Shown here in pieces: positions 58,764 to 64,000 of a DNA stretch of 64,000 nt; within the stretch, counting starts at the first letter, position 1; each line of letters opens with the position of its first letter. This stretch comes from a virus. The notes below the pieces were generated by a model, which was given only the letters and a program-made list of their open reading frames with translations, ran no database searches and had not been told where the DNA came from. Made by a program: the position numbers and the translations under genes. The DNA lies in IMG/VR virus record IMGVR_UViG_3300048836_000098, positions 1 through 64,000 of that record; one strand, 5' to 3'.

Positions 58764-59409
58764 CTGGTCTGCCCTCTTTTTCCCATTCGGATGCAAGACT
58801 TCCTTCTCGCGGGTAGTTGTACCAAATCATCGTCTTTCCAATATCGATACACTTGGGTCGCTTTCCGAAAATCTCGTTTGCGAATACTAAGTCCTCTCCC
58901 GCTTTTTGGTCGTTGAACCTTGTGTCGCCAATTACTTCTCGTTTGTACGACCTCGCCCAACACGAAGGGAATAATTTTCCGTCATTTGACCTAATTCCCA
59001 TCACTGCATCATTCATCACGAAATTAAACAGCACGACTTCCGCTTCTGCATATTCCTCAAACGCCTTGTGAATCAGCGAGAAGAAGTCAGGTCGAATCAA
59101 GTTGTCATCGCTATCGAGAAACACAATGTACTTTCCTAGCGCAATGTCAAGACCTTCGTTTCTAGCCAATCCTGCGCGTCCGTGGTTGCAAGTGATAATC
59201 TCTGTTCTATCCGAGTGAATCATATCGACATAATCATCAAGTACCGACTTCGTGTTGTCAGAGCAGTTATCACAGACGAAAACGTATTGCATCTTCAATC
59301 CCGAAACGTCCTGCATCGCCAACGTGTGCAATAAAGGCATAAGAAACCCTGCCGAATTATGGCAAGGCACTATCACTGTGAAGTCGTATACTCGATTTTT
59401 GTCGATCAT
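58756..59409 (-). CDS. GT2 glycosyltransferase (single domain)
   Basis: VIVPCHN; CDNCSDNT; ARNEGL..ALGKYIVFLDSDD; GED..F. Confidence 0.9.
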   Translation of the reverse strand: MIDKNRVYDFTVIVPCHNSAGFLMPLLHTLAMQDVSGLKMQYVFVCDNCSDNTKSVLDDYVDMIHSDRTEIITCNHGRAGLARNEGLDIALGKYIVFLDSDDNLIRPDFFSLIHKAFEEYAEAEVVLFNFVMNDAVMGIRSNDGKLFPSCWARSYKREVIGDTRFNDQKAGEDLVFANEIFGKRPKCIDIGKTMIWYNYPREGSLASEWEKEGRPDA

Positions 59410-60092
59410 GTAATTCCTCGTTTCGAGAAGTCGATATTCAGTCCTTCTTTTTCGTTTAGCGGGAACATATCGCTTGCGACCCACTTGCCACGCTTGATTC
59501 CCATCCAACGTCCGTCCTCATAACCAACGTCAATCATCTTACCGCCAGTGTTCAGGAAGAAGTCATACGCGGTCTGCTCTTTCGTCATTTCCCATTCCCA
59601 CGCATCTCCATCGAGAACGGATAGGCACTCGATTAAAGCAGTCCTGCGCCAGATAGACGGCATGCAAGAGAAGTTATAAATCTGACGCTTGTGCTGTAAT
59701 CCGAATCCGCTGATAACTCTGCCCTGATACGGCTCTGTGTAAACATGCCGATATTGAAGTTCTGAATTAAAACACGCGATATTTGGATAACTATTCAGAA
59801 GTTCAGTGCAATACTCGATTCTGCGCTCTGCAACCGTATTCCTGATAAAGTGGTCGTCGCAAAGGAACAGAACGAAGTCCTCTTTGACAGCTTGCAACGC
59901 TTGTCGCACTCGCTTCGTCCAGATAGGTTCATTCGACGTTGCCGCCGCGAATCCCGCAGGAGTCTTTGTTTCAGCAATCCAGTACGCCTTAGGATGATTC
60001 TGCCAGTATCGGTCTAACAACGTCAGAAACGGCTTCGCGCAGTCATCCGTATATGCGTCACAGGAAGTAACGACGATTGCGAGGTTTTCCAT
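59406..60092 (-). CDS. GT-A-fold glycosyltransferase-like protein
   Basis: IVVTSCDAY; W..R...AL...EDFVLFLCDDHF; PSIWRR; WEWE. Confidence 0.65.
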   Translation of the reverse strand: MENLAIVVTSCDAYTDDCAKPFLTLLDRYWQNHPKAYWIAETKTPAGFAAATSNEPIWTKRVRQALQAVKEDFVLFLCDDHFIRNTVAERRIEYCTELLNSYPNIACFNSELQYRHVYTEPYQGRVISGFGLQHKRQIYNFSCMPSIWRRTALIECLSVLDGDAWEWEMTKEQTAYDFFLNTGGKMIDVGYEDGRWMGIKRGKWVASDMFPLNEKEGLNIDFSKRGIT

Positions 60093-60266
60093 ATCAGTTT
60101 CCGCCTCCGCCAGACATGTGATCGCAGTTGTGCCAGTTCTGTTCGTTCTCTCCGCTCTTTGACAACGAAGGAACAACCGCTTGCAGAACATGCTTCTTCT
60201 TGAACGGTGCTTTCTCCGACATCGGAATCGCGTTCTTCATTTTCGGGATTCGTTTCTTTCTCATTG

Positions 60267-60476
60267 TTACTCCACTTCGAGAATTTCAGCGAGCTTTACA
60301 AGCACTTCCGGCATCGGATTCTTCGTTGTGTTGTTCTCGTAGCGCTGTTCGGCCGTGATGCTGATCCCGCAGTAACGAGCAATATCGGCTTGCGAAAGTG
60401 TCTTTCCGCTACCGTCCTTACGCTGAATCTCTTTGCGCCGCTGTGCGACATTGATTTCTTGTCCGTTGATAAGCAT
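60267..60476 (-). CDS. XRE-family HTH protein
   Basis: LSQADIARYCGIS....RYEN...NP...L.KLAEIL. Confidence 0.8.
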   Translation of the reverse strand: MLINGQEINVAQRRKEIQRKDGSGKTLSQADIARYCGISITAEQRYENNTTKNPMPEVLVKLAEILEVE

Positions 60477-60917
60477 TTAGTGTTATTCCTCTCTACGACG
60501 CACGATTGATCTTTCGGCTTTCACGCGCCATCTTTCTCTTGGTCTTTTTCTGATTGAACGCCTTTGCTCCGAAGCTACGATCCTGATTGATTCCCTCAAC
60601 CGTGATTGTCGCATCTACTCTTGCCGCTTCAATAAGCAACCGCTTGTGCCTTAAACTTTTCATTTCTTTCTACCTCCTTGATTTATGTCAGCCGTTGACC
60701 GACTCTTTACTTCTTGTCCGTGAATTTCTTTTCAAGATAATCGCAAGTCTTTCGGTTGTCGCAATCCAGAAATACAAACTTTTTATCTTTTCCCGCGTAA
60801 CCCGAAAGCGTTTCGGTTCTTACGACCGCTTCCATCTCGGAACATCCGACGCACTTTCCGCATAATTTGTTGTCAACCGAAACATACACCTGTTTTTCGT
60901 CCATTGGTATTACCCCC

Positions 60918-61316
60918 TTATTTCTTGTCCGTTGCAGATTTCGCTTCCGTGCTGAAATATGTGAATCTGCGCTTGCCGTTTCTGCATTCAAGATCAATCA
61001 GTTCGGGGTGATCTTGTTCCATCAGCATTGCTCCAAGAACGTTGAACGCCGCCGCAGACAGGTGATCTTCATCGTCCGCGCCGGACTGATACTTCGCCAG
61101 ATGCCTTACCGCACTGTCAACAAACGCCGAAACCGGAATGCCTTTCTGGTAATTCATGCGTCCATACTTCTTCGCACCATGTTCGTAATGCACAGACAGT
61201 CTAAGAATTGCTTTCCACGGCAAAGATATCATATCTCCTTTACCTTCGCACATATCTCGGACAGCACCAGTTCCGAACTCTCTGCGTTCACCGCTATCGT
61301 GTAAATCGCTACCCAT
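60918..61316 (-). CDS. dATP/dGTP diphosphohydrolase-like (DUF5664) protein
   Basis: FGTGAVRD..GKG; EHGAKKYG..NY.KG; SAVRHL; EDHLSAAAFN. Confidence 0.8.
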   Translation of the reverse strand: MGSDLHDSGERREFGTGAVRDMCEGKGDMISLPWKAILRLSVHYEHGAKKYGRMNYQKGIPVSAFVDSAVRHLAKYQSGADDEDHLSAAAFNVLGAMLMEQDHPELIDLECRNGKRRFTYFSTEAKSATDKK

Positions 61317-61340
61317 ACTTTCCTCCGTTAAGATTCTTTA

Positions 61341-61580
61341 AGTCTGTGGGCGAGGATTTGCACCTCGCATGGCAACACTCTGGACGTTGTCAGGAATTTG
61401 TCGTGTCCCGACTTTGGTGCGTCGACTCGAATGGTTACGATGCGCTAGTTGCCTACGCTCTGCGTCTACTATTGCTTAGTTGTTTGCTTGGATTTGTCTT
61501 TCGGGCGCACCTGCAAACGTTCAGCTTTACCGTATAGCGGCACGACACCGCCTAAACCGTCTATTCCGCCACCACAGACT
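61341..61580 (-). ncRNA. 240-nt RNA with tRNA-like termini and a large structured insert
   Basis: Terminal stem AGTCTGTGG/CCACAGACT; 5' TGGCGGAATAGACG; 3' ATGCGAGG-TGCAAAT-CCTCGC T-arm-like; internal TGTCGTG/CACGACA, CCCGA/TCGGG, GGTGCG/CGCACC. Confidence 0.65.
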
Positions 61581-61769
61581 CAACCTTCGGTTCTACTTTG
61601 GTAAGCACCGAAAACCAACCGTTGTCGTAGATGCAATGATTTTTTACGGAGCCTATCGCGCTGCACCCATCCACGGGTTCTTTTGTTTAACGTCGCTTGT
61701 AGTCCTCCCGACGTTGCTTGCTAACTCTTTTCTGGTGTCAGTTTGAAGCAATAAGTCAACCAATCACCG

Positions 61770-61845
61770 TGGCGAATGATCTTGGACTTGAACCAAGACG
61801 CTTCCGATTAACAGCCGGACGCTCTTCCGATTGAGCTAATCATTC
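61770..61845 (-). tRNA. tRNA-Asn(GTT)
   Basis: GAATGAT/ATCATTC acceptor; TCCGG-CTGTTAA-TCGGA anticodon arm; GGTTCAAGTCC; G discriminator plus CCA. Confidence 0.92.
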
Positions 61846-61980
61846 ACGTAGCTGAATGTTATCGAGTGCTAGTCATCACAGCCATTATTGACTCTATTAC
61901 ACCGTTCGATTGGCGGGGCTTCGTTCAGGACTTCCTAAAACCCATTCGAATATTCGGATTTCTCCGTGTCCACGCAGAAT

Positions 61981-62055
61981 TGGCAGCGGAAGTAGGTGTT
62001 GCTCCCACTCATAGACGGTTCAAAGCCGTCCTCGTTCCTGTTTCGACATTCCGCT
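61981..62055 (-). tRNA. tRNA-Gln(TTG), atypical D/T loops
   Basis: AGCGGAA/TTCCGCT acceptor; GACGG-CTTTGAA-CCGTC; T loop AGCAACA; GCCA end. Confidence 0.78.
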
Positions 62056-62372
62056 TTGCTTTCGCGGGAACATCGGACTTACACTACTACTTTGCGTCCA
62101 CAACGCATTTCATAACGCCGATGCTTAATCCCGCTAAGTTCATTTCCGAGATCGGGGTCTTACCGCTCGGAACGCCTCCTTGCCATTCGGCTAAATCGTC
62201 CACGGCGGGTACGGAGCACCGTGTTAGTCTGAATTTAATGTCTACAGATCGACCTCCCAAGAAACCAGTGCTATTCGAGGCGGCTAACTCCAGATCCGTC
62301 ATCGTCGCGCTTTCGTAGCCATCTTCCACGCGCTACCCTCCGGCTATTACACTGTTGATCTGTTTCTCGGTG

Positions 62373-62446
62373 TGGAGCGGATATTCGGTAACGATCCGAA
62401 CCTAACAGTTTGGAAAACTGCTGTGCTTCCAATACACCATATCCAC
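62373..62446 (-). tRNA. tRNA-Gly(TCC), atypical T loop
   Basis: GTGGATA/TATCCGC acceptor; GCAGT-TTTCCAA-ACTGT; T loop ATCGTTA; U discriminator plus CCA. Confidence 0.85.
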
Positions 62447-62464
62447 AAGCCTTTCACTGACGCT

Positions 62465-62494
62465 ATTATACCACAGTATTGTTGTTTGCGTCAA
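62465..62494 (-). promoter_or_regulatory. sigma-A promoter of the tRNA/ncRNA cluster
   Basis: TTGACG-18-TATAAT with TGTGG extended -10, about 19 nt before tRNA-Gly. Confidence 0.7.
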
Positions 62495-62837
62495 GAAGAT
62501 TCTTTCGCTTTCGTTCGAGAACATCATGCGCACCTTGCTCTGTGAACATAACGGCTTCATTGCGGCTTATGCTTGTCCGAACACCGTTTAGTCTCCGAAC
62601 AAATATTCGATCCGCGCTGACACCAATCACCTGCAATTCAGAAACATGCAAGTCCTCAACGATATAGATTGATTGACCGTATTTGAACTGTGGTTGCGTC
62701 TTTTCTTCTAGCTTGCCGACAATCTTCAAAACATCGCGCGTCGGCACAGGCTTCTTCTCACACGAATAGAATGCGTCGAGATAGTTGTCGTATGCGGTAT
62801 TGACCATTGTCTGAATTACGCTCATAGTGGTTGCCTC

Positions 62838-63437
62838 CTAGCTATCGCTGTCGAAGAATTCGCTGTATTTTTTTATAATATCGATTCTTCCGGTGTATCT
62901 GTCGTACTTGCTATTAACCTCTCCGATGCTAATTTGGCAGTTATGCGGTACGCGCGCGGACGGAATAACATAGAACCTATCGATGCTTTTGTCGCTATTA
63001 ACGCAGCATAGAAAGTATATATCGCAAGCGGGGAACTTCCTTTCGAGATTGAACGTATAGAAGTTCCCAGCATCCCCGATGTATTTTCTGCTTGCCTTTA
63101 CATTAATTTTTACTGATTTATTCACAAGCAGATCATACGGAAACTTACAAGGGGTATTCTCAACATAAAATCCTTGCTTTTCAAGCATATCTTTTACAAC
63201 GCCCTCGAACATCCATCCAAATAGCGTATCTGTCTCTTTCATCAAAACGCCTATCTTCTCTGCCCAGTATCTAAATCCGCCGTATTTTGATATGGCGTTT
63301 GACAACCTAAAGTCACCAGTAAAGTTCACGATTTCAGAATTAGATGGCATCCTATCTATACCGATTCCGCTGAGCACAGATTTAAGTTCATCCTCTATCT
63401 TGCTATCGTGCCATATTTTCGTCTTCTTCGCTTCCAC
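62838..63437 (-). CDS. Putative DNA-binding plus PD-(D/E)xK-like nuclease-fold protein
   Basis: RMPS..E...L.NAI.K.GG N-domain; PYDLLV....INVKAS. Confidence 0.45.
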   Translation of the reverse strand: MEAKKTKIWHDSKIEDELKSVLSGIGIDRMPSNSEIVNFTGDFRLSNAISKYGGFRYWAEKIGVLMKETDTLFGWMFEGVVKDMLEKQGFYVENTPCKFPYDLLVNKSVKINVKASRKYIGDAGNFYTFNLERKFPACDIYFLCCVNSDKSIDRFYVIPSARVPHNCQISIGEVNSKYDRYTGRIDIIKKYSEFFDSDS

Positions 63438-63446
63438 ATTAAATCC

Positions 63447-63845
63447 TCAAAACGGAATCGAATCCGCAGACACGTTCTCAAATCCGCTTGCGTCAATTCC
63501 GCTTTCGTCCGCATCGCTACGTTCTTCGCTCTTGGGTGATAAAAATTCAACTTCATCCGCCTGAACGTCGAGTGAAACCTTTGTCGTTCCATCCTTCGCG
63601 ACGTAGGTTCGCACCTGTAGCTCTCCGCGAACGTAACATTTTTTTCCCTTAGAAAGATATTTGGAGCAGATGTCAGCCAACCCCCGCCAAACATTTACAT
63701 TCATAAAGTCTGTAATCTTCTCTCCGTCTTTGTTCTTCTGTTTTCGATCTACAGCAACCGTGAACGACGCTACTTGAACTCCGTTCGGAGTGGTTTTTAG
63801 GTCTACATCCCTCGATAGGCGACCTGTAAAATGAATCGACTGCAT
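63447..63845 (-). CDS. ssb: Single-stranded DNA-binding protein
   Basis: GRLSRDVDLKTT; F.VAVDR; YLSKG; C-terminal DSIPF. Confidence 0.93.
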   Translation of the reverse strand: MQSIHFTGRLSRDVDLKTTPNGVQVASFTVAVDRKQKNKDGEKITDFMNVNVWRGLADICSKYLSKGKKCYVRGELQVRTYVAKDGTTKVSLDVQADEVEFLSPKSEERSDADESGIDASGFENVSADSIPF

Positions 63846-64000
63846 GCTATTTCCCCTCTACTTTCTTCGCATTGCGCTCCAACTGCTTGTCAGCCAAGCC
63901 AATAGTGTTCGTTGCGGCTTTGAGCTGTTTGTTCAGTGACTTGTTCAGTTCTACCAGCGCGGGATCAACGGACAGTGCTTTATCTGCCGCCAAGTGCATT

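Noticed and set aside
61341-61580. Canonical tmRNA (ssrA)
   Set aside because: Lacks the alanine acceptor identity, the CCA end and a convincing tag ORF; reported as a tRNA-like RNA instead.
1-64000. Alternative genetic code or stop-codon recoding
   Set aside because: Core genes are intact under the standard code, all three stops are used, and no suppressor tRNA was found.

Overview
This window is about 64 kb of a tailed dsDNA phage, siphovirus-like. Sigma-A-type promoters, strong GGAGG ribosome-binding sites and the gene families suggest a Firmicutes/Clostridia host. Standard genetic code fits, and no host genes or att sites are visible. The plus strand (about 1-27,200) is an early/middle arm: small ORFs, antirepressor, replication initiator, DnaB, a tyrosine recombinase, DNA methyltransferases, two GT2-TPR glycosyltransferases, an SbcC-like ATPase, RecT, an MBL hydrolase and SSB. 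The minus strand (64,000 to 27,190) carries SSB, a tRNA/ncRNA cluster, more glycosyltransferases, RusA, terminase, portal, ClpP-scaffold, major capsid, neck/tail genes, tape measure, fibre, a lysis cassette and Dit/Tal. The standout is a stand-alone Cas7/RAMP-like gene (3093-3716) with no other cas gene. It is followed directly by a roughly 420-nt purine-rich array with 5-nt periodicity, punctuated about every 26 or 31 nt by a 6-nt GCRAnR unit. This is a candidate RNA-guided viral system resembling, but deviating from, the reported VIPR GGY-NN architecture. Also present: a hammerhead ribozyme with a pseudoknot (1567-1629), two tRNA-like RNAs lacking a normal anticodon arm (25028-25126; 61341-61580), other unexplained structured RNAs, three tRNAs, a -1 frameshift in the tail chaperone and a shared AT-box at late promoters. 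All calls come from reading motifs by eye; no searches were run.
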